A stretch of DNA of 12,858 nt from the NCBI GenBank assembly GCA_964493715.1, contig CAZBPC010000093.1, positions 1 to 12,858 on the forward strand, in the 5' to 3' direction. The position numbers and the translations under genes are program-made. Below are positions 1 through 7,632 of the stretch, piece after piece. The DNA is from an uncultured archaeon (lineage in GTDB: Archaea > Asgardarchaeota > Lokiarchaeia > Sigyniarchaeales > SOKP01). Position 1 is the first letter of the stretch; every line of letters begins with the position of its first letter. The notes under the pieces were generated by a model. It did not search any database. It had not been told where the DNA came from and worked only from the letters and a program-made list of their open reading frames with translations.

Positions 1-12
1 GTGGTCTTTAAA

Positions 13-357
13 ATGGAAATGGAATGGAAAAAATGTGAAAAATGTGGTTTCTTGCAGTATCCGACTCATTTAAGATGTTTGAAATGTAAGGGTCAAAAAT
101 TTTCTCATGAAAAAGCTATGGGTGACGCCACCTTGTTAACTTTCACGACTTTAACTGCTCCTCCCGCTGAATTCAGAAACAAAAACTCTTATATTTTGGG
201 TATTGTTGAGTTTGAGAACGGTGTAAAAGCTTTAGGTCAAATCCAATCTGAGAGGAAATTGGAACTTGGTATGAAAATGAAATCGTTCAAAGCAAAAATC
301 TGTGAAAATTTAGATGGGAAGGAAATAGTTGATTACGTATTTAGACCACTTGAATGA
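13..357 (+). CDS. DUF35-family Zn-ribbon + OB-fold protein (thiolase-associated, acyl-CoA binding)
   Basis: CxxC-x10-CxxC rubredoxin-like ribbon (KCEKCG...RCLKCKG) followed by an OB fold (TLLTFT...YILGIVEFENGVKALGQI...LELGMKM...YVFRP). The ORF track starts at GTG 1 at the window edge; ATG 13 (or 19) is the more likely start. Confidence 0.88.
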   Translation: MEMEWKKCEKCGFLQYPTHLRCLKCKGQKFSHEKAMGDATLLTFTTLTAPPAEFRNKNSYILGIVEFENGVKALGQIQSERKLELGMKMKSFKAKICENLDGKEIVDYVFRPLE

Positions 358-377
358 TTTAATTCTAAGATACTTTT

Positions 378-384
378 AAGGTGA
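378..384 (+). promoter_or_regulatory. Shine-Dalgarno site of the mutase gene
   Basis: AAGGTGA ends 4 nt before ATG 389 in a 31-nt gap after the DUF35 gene. This fits an internal cistron of an operon. Confidence 0.65.
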
Positions 385-388
385 TTAT

Positions 389-2065
389 ATGTTTTCTAAA
401 GAGGATATTAAAAAAATCGAGGAACAACGGAAAAGATGGGAAGAACAAGACCTTAGAATAGCAATTGAGAATGGGGAGCGGAAAGGCACTTTTGAATCTC
501 CTTCAGGAATTCCCTTGAAAGCATTATATGGACCCGAAGATATTCAAGAGATGAATTATTTGGAGGATTTAGGATTTCCTGGAATTCCTCCTTATACTAG
601 GGGAGTATATGCTAACATGTATCGTGGGAGAATATGGACCATGAGACAATATGCTGGATTTGCAGATGCGGAAAAAACCAATGAAAGATTCAAGTACTTA
701 ATTTCTCAGGGTCAAAAGGGACTTTCTATTGCCTTTGACTTGCCAACCCAGATGGGATATAATTCAGACAATCGCATTTGCCTAGGAGAAGTCGGTAGAG
801 TAGGAGTGACGGTTAATTCATTAAAAGATTTTGAGAAAGTGTTTGAAGGCATTTCATTAAATAAGGTGTCTACAAGCATGACTATAAACGCACCCGCATC
901 CGTACTTCTTGCTATGTATATTGCCGTTGGGGAAAAGCAAGGAGTAGAGCCTAAGCAGTTAATGGGAACTGTACAAAATGATATTCTAAAAGAGTATGTT
1001 GCTAGAGGGACTTATATATTTCCACCAAAACCTTCATTAAAGTTAACAGCAGATGTGATAGAATATTGTTCTAAAGAATTACCTCGATTCAATACGATCT
1101 CAATTAGTGGTTATCACATGCGTGAAGCAGGATGCAATGCAATTCAAGAGATCGCGTTTACATTAATGGATGGAATAGCTTACGTTGAAGAAGTGATAAA
1201 AAGGGGTATTGATATAGACGAATTTGCTTCTCGGTTATCGTTCTTTTTCACGACACATAACAATTTTTGTGAAGAAATTGCGAAATTACGAGCTGCAAGG
1301 CGCTTATGGGCGAAAATAATGAAAGAAAGATTTAACGCCAAAAGTCCTGATTCATTACGTTTGAGATTCCATACTCAAACAGCGGGAGTCACGCTAACCG
1401 CACAACAACCAAACGTAAATATTATAAGAGTTACAATGCAAGCTTTAGCAGCTATATTAGGTGGAACCCAGTCTCTTCACACGTGTGGAGCAGATGAAGC
1501 TTTATCTCTTCCCACCGAAGATTCTGTTAGAATTTCATTAAGAACCCAACAGGTATTAGCGAGTGAATCCGGGGTGACTGATGTAGTAGATCCTCTGGGT
1601 GGATCATATTATATTGAATATCTTACAACAAGGTTAGAAGAAAAGGCAAATGAATACATAGAAAAAATCGATAAAATGGGGGGAATAACAGTCGCTATAG
1701 AGAAAGGATTCATTCAACAAGAGATATCAAACAATGCTTATAAAGAGCAATTAAAGATTGAGAGTGGGGAAACTGAAATCATAGGAGTAAATACTTATTA
1801 TACTGATGAAAAAAGCAAGATTAATATCTTTAAACAAGACAAAGATGAAGAATTAAGAATTATTTCCAATTTAAAAGATCTCAAATCAAAGAGAGATGAA
1901 AACTTGGTAAAACAAGCATTGGAAAAGCTCAAGAAACGTGTTAGTTCAAATGATAATATTATGCCAATAATGATCGAGACTGTTAAGACTTATGCTACGA
2001 TTCAAGAAATATGTGATGTTTTAAGAGAAGTATATGGAGAATACAAAAGTTCCGAGATTTTTTAA
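389..2065 (+). CDS. Methylmalonyl-CoA mutase, large (substrate-binding TIM-barrel) subunit of a split enzyme
   Basis: Motifs PYTRG, WTMRQYAGF, GLSIAFDLPTQMGY, SMTINA, GTVQNDILKEYVARGTYIFP, ISISGYHMREAG, GGTQSLHT, DPLGGSYYIE. Y88 and R206 match the MCM specificity pair (P. shermanii Y89/R207). There is no DxHxxG B12-binding domain, so the small subunit must be encoded elsewhere. Confidence 0.93.
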   Translation: MFSKEDIKKIEEQRKRWEEQDLRIAIENGERKGTFESPSGIPLKALYGPEDIQEMNYLEDLGFPGIPPYTRGVYANMYRGRIWTMRQYAGFADAEKTNERFKYLISQGQKGLSIAFDLPTQMGYNSDNRICLGEVGRVGVTVNSLKDFEKVFEGISLNKVSTSMTINAPASVLLAMYIAVGEKQGVEPKQLMGTVQNDILKEYVARGTYIFPPKPSLKLTADVIEYCSKELPRFNTISISGYHMREAGCNAIQEIAFTLMDGIAYVEEVIKRGIDIDEFASRLSFFFTTHNNFCEEIAKLRAARRLWAKIMKERFNAKSPDSLRLRFHTQTAGVTLTAQQPNVNIIRVTMQALAAILGGTQSLHTCGADEALSLPTEDSVRISLRTQQVLASESGVTDVVDPLGGSYYIEYLTTRLEEKANEYIEKIDKMGGITVAIEKGFIQQEISNNAYKEQLKIESGETEIIGVNTYYTDEKSKINIFKQDKDEELRIISNLKDLKSKRDENLVKQALEKLKKRVSSNDNIMPIMIETVKTYATIQEICDVLREVYGEYKSSEIF

Positions 2066-3489
2066 CCTTTCTTAAGTGCGTAGCGTGAAATTTTAGGTAA
2101 TAATGGAATTACTTCTAAAGGATCCCCAAATACCGGGACATTTTTCTCTTTTAAATTCATTAAAAGCGCATCAATATTTTTTGGACGAGTTAAGTGCTGA
2201 GTAATAACAATAAGTGGCTTTTGATGTTTATGTCCGAGATTAAGACTTTCTAATAATACATTAAGAAATGCAGAAGGATCTTGGATTCTTGGTGGCAATG
2301 TGAGATAGAAACCGGGCAAATCTAATATTAAACCATCAATATTTATATCTAAAAGTGCTACCTCTATTATTTCCTGAACCTTATTTATCGCAAAAAATTG
2401 AGCCGCAAGATCTAAAGGATTATTAGAGCTGGTACCAGGCATAAAAAGTATTTTTGCTATTTCATCGTGAGTTTCTGAAGAAAAGGGAGGAACTTTCATT
2501 CCATAATGCTCAATTATATCTACTAATATTACGCCATACCCTCCTGAGATACTTAAAACAGTTAAATTTTTTATAGCACATACCCCATAACAATCAATTA
2601 GTCTAGCTGTATGAAGTAGTTGTTCCAAAGAATCAACTTCAATTATATTATACTGTTTAAAAAAGGTTCGCCAAATTGTATTATCCCCCGAAATTGATGC
2701 AGTGTGTGTTTTTGCTGCTTTAGAACCCGTTTTACTCTTTCCACCTTTTAAAACAATAATTGGCTTCTTGTTACTCTTTAAAACTGCTTTTAATTTCTTA
2801 ATTCTCCCTTGCTTTATTCCTTCTAAATAACATAGAATTATATCTGTTTCTGGATCGTTTATTAAATAATGCAATAGATCAACAAAGTCCAAATCAGCAC
2901 CATTACCAAAAGAGAATACCTTCGAAAATTCTATACCCAACTCAATAGAGGAGTATATAGCAATATTGCAAATTCCTCCTGATTGAGCAATAAATCCGAT
3001 ATTCCCTGCAGTTGTAGGAAAATTTGGACGCCATGCCATTCCAATCTTGGGATAATATAGTCCTAATCCATTAGGGCCTAATATTCTTACTTTATTTTGA
3101 GCCCTCTTTAATAGTTCCTTCTCTAAAGCTTCACCCTCTTGAGTTCCTGCATCTGAAAATTCTGATGTAAACACAGTTACTAATTTAACCCCCTTTTTCA
3201 CGCATTGATCCATTACATCTAAAACAAGTTTTGCAGGAACTGCGATAAATGCGAAGTCAACATCTCCAGGAACATTAAGTATAGAAGCATAAATATCTTC
3301 TTTAGGAAAGTCTGGAATTTCTTCTAATTTCGGATGAATTGCATATACTTTACCTTTAAACGAGTTTTGATGATTTCTTAGGAAGAAGAAATCTCTTTTT
3401 GCGGAAGCTCCTATAACCGCCATTGATTTAATATTATTAATAAACAATAAATCTTTTACATTAAGGTTAATATTATCTTGAAGCGACAT
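2062..3489 (-). CDS. Acyl-CoA synthetase (NDP-forming) alpha-subunit-like protein
   Basis: N-terminal CoA-binding domain (AVIGAS, DFAFIAVP, RILGPNGLG), IAQSGG, SFGNGADLD, YLEG, phospho-His loop LKGGKSKTGSKAAKTHTASISG, SGGYG and NPLDL. No ATP-grasp domain. Confidence 0.88.
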   Translation of the reverse strand: MSLQDNINLNVKDLLFINNIKSMAVIGASAKRDFFFLRNHQNSFKGKVYAIHPKLEEIPDFPKEDIYASILNVPGDVDFAFIAVPAKLVLDVMDQCVKKGVKLVTVFTSEFSDAGTQEGEALEKELLKRAQNKVRILGPNGLGLYYPKIGMAWRPNFPTTAGNIGFIAQSGGICNIAIYSSIELGIEFSKVFSFGNGADLDFVDLLHYLINDPETDIILCYLEGIKQGRIKKLKAVLKSNKKPIIVLKGGKSKTGSKAAKTHTASISGDNTIWRTFFKQYNIIEVDSLEQLLHTARLIDCYGVCAIKNLTVLSISGGYGVILVDIIEHYGMKVPPFSSETHDEIAKILFMPGTSSNNPLDLAAQFFAINKVQEIIEVALLDINIDGLILDLPGFYLTLPPRIQDPSAFLNVLLESLNLGHKHQKPLIVITQHLTRPKNIDALLMNLKEKNVPVFGDPLEVIPLLPKISRYALKKG

Positions 3490-3581
3490 TCAAATAAGAA
3501 AAGCTGGGATAAATTTAATATTTTAAGAAAAAAAGATCTTTAAATTATGAAGATTAACCTTTTATTCATTAGACCTCTCGA

Positions 3582-3589
3582 TTTAATAA
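3582..3589 (+). promoter_or_regulatory. Putative TATA box of the thioesterase gene
   Basis: TTTAATAA at -30 to -23 from ATG 3612, the spacing expected for a leaderless archaeal transcript. The AT-rich background weakens the call. Confidence 0.4.
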
Positions 3590-3611
3590 TTATAGATAAA
3601 ATTTGTTCCTA

Positions 3612-4121
3612 ATGTCTAATATAGAAAGAAAAAGGGAAAAACGTTCAAAAAGAATACTCAAGCTGTTTAATGCTTTTATAGGGCAAGAATTAAAAAATCA
3701 TCCCGTTCCACCATTTACAAAATGGCTTAATGGAAAAATTATTAGTGCTGAATATGGAAAGGTGGAAGTAGAGATTGAGATACGTCCTGAAATGTCTAAT
3801 CCTACTGGACTATTGCACGGTGGAATGCAAAGCGCCTTTATGGACGATGTATTAGGAATGACTTCAGCAACACTAGGTTATGAAGGCTTTCCAATCAGTA
3901 TCGATTTTCATATTGATTTTTTAGGAAAAGTAAAGGTTGGAGAGTCTGTGAGAGTTATTGCCAAAGTTGTGCGTGAGGGAAGGAATATTATTCACATGAA
4001 TATTGAAATCTTAGACATAAATGGTAAACTCGTTTCTACTGGCAATTCTAATTTATTAAAAACAAGTTTTATACCTGAGTATGTTAAAATCGCAGACGAA
4101 ATAGAAAAGGATACGAATTAA
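3612..4121 (+). CDS. PaaI/ACOT13-like hotdog-fold acyl-CoA thioesterase
   Basis: Signature MSNPTGLLHGGMQSAFMDD, then SIDFHIDFLG...VVREGRNI. ATG 3612 is preferred over TTG 3603. Confidence 0.9.
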   Translation: MSNIERKREKRSKRILKLFNAFIGQELKNHPVPPFTKWLNGKIISAEYGKVEVEIEIRPEMSNPTGLLHGGMQSAFMDDVLGMTSATLGYEGFPISIDFHIDFLGKVKVGESVRVIAKVVREGRNIIHMNIEILDINGKLVSTGNSNLLKTSFIPEYVKIADEIEKDTN

Positions 4122-4124
4122 GAT

Positions 4125-5432
4125 TTAATTCAATTTTTCAGCCATATGCGGTTTCAATAACTTGATTGCGATGATATATAGGGGTATAACAGACAATTCA
4201 ACAAATATTGAAATGATAAATGGTGCAGTGAAACCAATCTGGTTGGAGACTAAACCTCCTATTATTGGTCCAATTATAGCACCAAAAAAACTCATCCATC
4301 TTGATACTCCAAAAATTTTCCCTCGATGACCTTTAGATATGCGACTTAAAACATTTTGAAGAACAAGATTTCCAGCCCATGCTAATGTTGAATCTAACAA
4401 TAATATCATTGATACCATAATTTCATTATTACTGTTGATAAAAAACCACGTGCTTAATGAACCTAAAGAACTGAAAATGGCTATCCCTATCATGGGATTA
4501 ATGCGATCTGCGAATTTCCCTAATTTAGGTGCTAATAGCAATGAAATAATTTGACTCGGAAAATATATTAGCATTATAATTATATCGTTAGAATTGATAA
4601 AATTTTTAATATAGCCATAAACAAAGGGAGAAGCAATTGTTTGGTTAATATTACTGGTCATAAAGGCTAATATTAAGGCAACGAATCCGAAAATAAATAA
4701 TAGTGATACTTTCGATTCTTCTTTTGGTTGTGTTTCAATTTCATTAATCTCGTAATCATTCATACTTCCGTTAATTTTAGCAATGTGATCATCATAGGTG
4801 AGTTTTTCATCTACATTCTTTTTGAAAACAATTCCAGCATATATATTAGAAATTGCAAATAAAATAAGAGGACTATATATTAAGAATAGATTATTTGGAG
4901 TGAATGTGATTGCTAATGCGAATATCAAAAAAGATAACATTGAACCAACAAAATTTCCCTTTCCTAACATTCCTGCTTGTTTTCCAAAAGCAGAAGATCG
5001 AAATGATTTGTGAGATTTCTGAGACACTAATGCGTCCAAAGGGCTCCAAAAAAAACCCACAAAAAAGCCAAGGGTAAACAATCCCACAATAAAAAGCTCT
5101 AATGATGATAATACAATTCCAATATACATGATGAGATAAGATGTTCCTCTCCCAAAACTGCCAATGAGCACTAATAATTTTTTTGATACTTTATCAGTTA
5201 AGTATCCTACAATTGGAGCACTGATAAGTCCACCAAACGTTTGTCCAGCGACTGAAAATCCTAATTCTGTTGCTGTTCCCCCTATAAGAGTCAAAATCAC
5301 GTGAGGAATGAGGAACCAAAAGAAAAAGAAACCTAAACTGTTCCAAAACACGATACGGATCATTGGCATGAAATCTGGAGTAATCATCTCAACTTTATTA
5401 CTCGGTTGTCTTGAAAACAGTTTAAATACCAA
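4125..5432 (-). CDS. Major facilitator superfamily transporter
   Basis: About 12 hydrophobic segments in two halves joined by a polar linker. Motif A-like GYLTDKVSKK and GKFADRINP; HRGKIFG...GAIIGPIIGG. The start is uncertain (TTG 5432 with AAGGA upstream, or a later ATG). Substrate unknown. Confidence 0.88.
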   Translation of the reverse strand: MVFKLFSRQPSNKVEMITPDFMPMIRIVFWNSLGFFFFWFLIPHVILTLIGGTATELGFSVAGQTFGGLISAPIVGYLTDKVSKKLLVLIGSFGRGTSYLIMYIGIVLSSLELFIVGLFTLGFFVGFFWSPLDALVSQKSHKSFRSSAFGKQAGMLGKGNFVGSMLSFLIFALAITFTPNNLFLIYSPLILFAISNIYAGIVFKKNVDEKLTYDDHIAKINGSMNDYEINEIETQPKEESKVSLLFIFGFVALILAFMTSNINQTIASPFVYGYIKNFINSNDIIIMLIYFPSQIISLLLAPKLGKFADRINPMIGIAIFSSLGSLSTWFFINSNNEIMVSMILLLDSTLAWAGNLVLQNVLSRISKGHRGKIFGVSRWMSFFGAIIGPIIGGLVSNQIGFTAPFIISIFVELSVIPLYIIAIKLLKPHMAEKLN

Positions 5433-5556
5433 TTTTAAGTCCTTTGAAATAGTGCTTTTACAAATGAAAACTTATATTATTGATTTTTTCAATATATTAT
5501 GTCCTATAAATTTAATTCTTTAAGAATAAGCATGTGATAATGAAGAGAACTTTATA

Positions 5557-6342
5557 TTATATTCCGGGATCCAAAAAAGAAATTTCGGAATAGAGGATTT
5601 CAGTGTTCTTTTTCCTTAATTCTTCCATTAATGCCTCTTCTGTCGATTCCTTTATGTTTAATAAAGTCCATCCATGTACGCCTCCACTAGCTAAACCATC
5701 TGGTGTGTGCATATCTGTTCCAGTGATCATGCCTATTTGTCCTTTATGTCTATTGCAAAACTCTACCGATTCTTTGTCACAAACATTTTCGGGAAGAGAA
5801 TCATCATTCACAACCTCTATAAAATCTACACCCCACTCTAATAATTCTTCTCGAGATGGATGGTTTTTATACTTTGCTTCATATATACTCCATGGAATGT
5901 GATTGCATACCACAACACCATCTTGGTCATGAATCTTATCAATGACATCAATGATTTTATTATTTTTAGGTTTATATGGTACTCTCTCATCCCATTTTGA
6001 GATTCCTAAAAAATTAAGATGAAGTCTGATTGTAGTCCATTCAAATCCACTAAGTACTATGATACTTTTTTGAGCATATTGCTTCTTAATTCCTTCAATT
6101 TCTTCGATATGACGCATGTTGTTATGATCAGTTATAGCAATCGCATTAAATCCCATTGCAATATGCCACTCTATATTTTGTTTTAGGGTAAGTCTGCCAT
6201 CACTGTAGTTTGTATGTGAATGATGATCAAATATCACATTGTGCTTGGTATTGTCATACCCGGGAGGTATGTGAGGAATAATCCCATTCCAATCGTTATC
6301 AGTATATATTTTAGACATTTTATTCCAAGATATTAAATCCAT
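5557..6342 (-). CDS. PHP-domain metal-dependent phosphoesterase
   Basis: All PHP motifs are present: DHHSHTNYSDG, AITDHN, GFEWT, HLNFLG, CNHIPW, TGTDMH. Confidence 0.88.
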   Translation of the reverse strand: MDLISWNKMSKIYTDNDWNGIIPHIPPGYDNTKHNVIFDHHSHTNYSDGRLTLKQNIEWHIAMGFNAIAITDHNNMRHIEEIEGIKKQYAQKSIIVLSGFEWTTIRLHLNFLGISKWDERVPYKPKNNKIIDVIDKIHDQDGVVVCNHIPWSIYEAKYKNHPSREELLEWGVDFIEVVNDDSLPENVCDKESVEFCNRHKGQIGMITGTDMHTPDGLASGGVHGWTLLNIKESTEEALMEELRKKNTEILYSEISFLDPGI

Positions 6343-6415
6343 TTACTCATTAAGAATTTAACAATTACGATCATTGAAATCGTTTACTGATTGAGATTAT
6401 CTAAAATCTCTTAGA

Positions 6416-6423
6416 TTTTAAAT
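6416..6423 (+). promoter_or_regulatory. Putative TATA box of the M28 peptidase gene
   Basis: TTTTAAAT at -30 to -23 from ATG 6446, overlapped by an inverted repeat. Confidence 0.45.
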
Positions 6424-6445
6424 AATTAGAAAACTTGGATTAAGT

Positions 6446-7627
6446 ATGTCTATTGATGAAAATAATGCATATGAAATCACTGAAAAACTTTCATTTCCTC
6501 GATTAGCTGGATCTGATGGAGAAAAGAAAGCAATAAAGATTATACTAGAAGAATTTAAAAAAGCTGGTTATGATGATGTAAGGAGAGAACCATTTAAAAC
6601 TTCATTATTTAATTGGAAATTAGCAGAATATTTTTTTTTGGGAGCTTCAATTTTGATCATTACCTTGGCGTTATCTTTTTATACATTACCATTAATTTCG
6701 GCACTACTTTCTATTGTAATGTTGGTTAGTATGTTTTCTTTTCTTAGGATTATCAGTTCTCCTAAAATTCGCCTTTTTAGAAATAATAAAAAAAATATAA
6801 TGACCGAAAACCTTTTTACTGAGTTAAAAAGCCAAGATCCACGTGCAAACGTAGTAATTCTTGCGCATCATGACACAAAATCACAAACATTCCCATCATA
6901 TATTCGAATGGTTTCTATTATTTTGGCTGTTTTCGCTGGATTCTTTCTATTTATTTTGTACTTAATTTTTAGTCTTTTAATGATTTTTCTTAATCTTCAT
7001 TTATTGATCTTAGAGAACATATTCTTTAGTATATCAATAATCATAGCATCATTAGCTTTGGCAAATTTCTTTAATAAAACGGGCAATAAATCCCCTGGAT
7101 CCACGGATAATGCCGCAAGTGTTGGATCAGTTTTAGAATTATCTAAATTTTACAGAGAAAATCCGATAAAACACGTTAATTTCACCTTTCTTATTACGGG
7201 TTCAGAAGAATTAAATCTTGGAGGTGCGTATGATTTCATTACAAAGCATGAAAGTATTTATGATAAAAAGAATACATTCTTCATAAATTTTGATTTTGTA
7301 GGGAGTACGGGACCAATATTTATTGTTTCAGCATATGGTATTCCTAAAAAAGTAAATAATTCGAGATTAGTTGAAGATTATATAAGAGCTGGTGAAAAAC
7401 ATAAAATTGAATTGCAAAACAAATATATCCCTACAGGGGCATGGGGAGATCACGAACCTATTATCAAGCAAGGATTTGAAGCGTTATTTATTGGATCGAG
7501 AGGATGTGAGAAAAAAGTCCATACAAAATATGATAATATGAATCTTGTATCAAGAAAAGGATTACATAATATCCTCTTGATTACGACAGAGGTAATTAAA
7601 AGGATTAGTGAAGATTTTAGCAAATAA
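6446..7627 (+). CDS. M28-family Zn-dependent peptidase/amidohydrolase with transmembrane insertions
   Basis: PRLAGSDGE, AHHDTK, PGSTDNAAS, TGSEELNLGGA, NFDFVG, GDHEP, VHTKYD supply all metal and catalytic residues. Two hydrophobic hairpins lie at about aa 58-103 and 155-208. Confidence 0.85.
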   Translation: MSIDENNAYEITEKLSFPRLAGSDGEKKAIKIILEEFKKAGYDDVRREPFKTSLFNWKLAEYFFLGASILIITLALSFYTLPLISALLSIVMLVSMFSFLRIISSPKIRLFRNNKKNIMTENLFTELKSQDPRANVVILAHHDTKSQTFPSYIRMVSIILAVFAGFFLFILYLIFSLLMIFLNLHLLILENIFFSISIIIASLALANFFNKTGNKSPGSTDNAASVGSVLELSKFYRENPIKHVNFTFLITGSEELNLGGAYDFITKHESIYDKKNTFFINFDFVGSTGPIFIVSAYGIPKKVNNSRLVEDYIRAGEKHKIELQNKYIPTGAWGDHEPIIKQGFEALFIGSRGCEKKVHTKYDNMNLVSRKGLHNILLITTEVIKRISEDFSK

Positions 7628-7632
7628 ACTTC

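Noticed and set aside
13-30. ATGGAA ATGGA ATGGAAA micro-repeat
   Set aside because: Explained by the coding sequence MEMEWK and too short to matter.
355-357. TGA stop of the DUF35 gene as a possible selenocysteine codon
   Set aside because: The domain is complete at YVFRPLE, readthrough adds only 8 residues before another TGA, and no SECIS is evident.
641-1006. Mutase as isobutyryl-, 2-hydroxyisobutyryl- or pivalyl-CoA mutase
   Set aside because: It has the Tyr/Arg pair of methylmalonyl-CoA mutase, not Phe, Ile or Leu at the Tyr position.
4798-5523. Short plus-strand ORFs 4798-5013 and 5308-5523
   Set aside because: Largely antisense to the MFS gene with no recognisable motifs; shadow ORFs.
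5603-5902. 99-aa plus-strand ORF
   Set aside because: Entirely antisense to the well-supported PHP gene.
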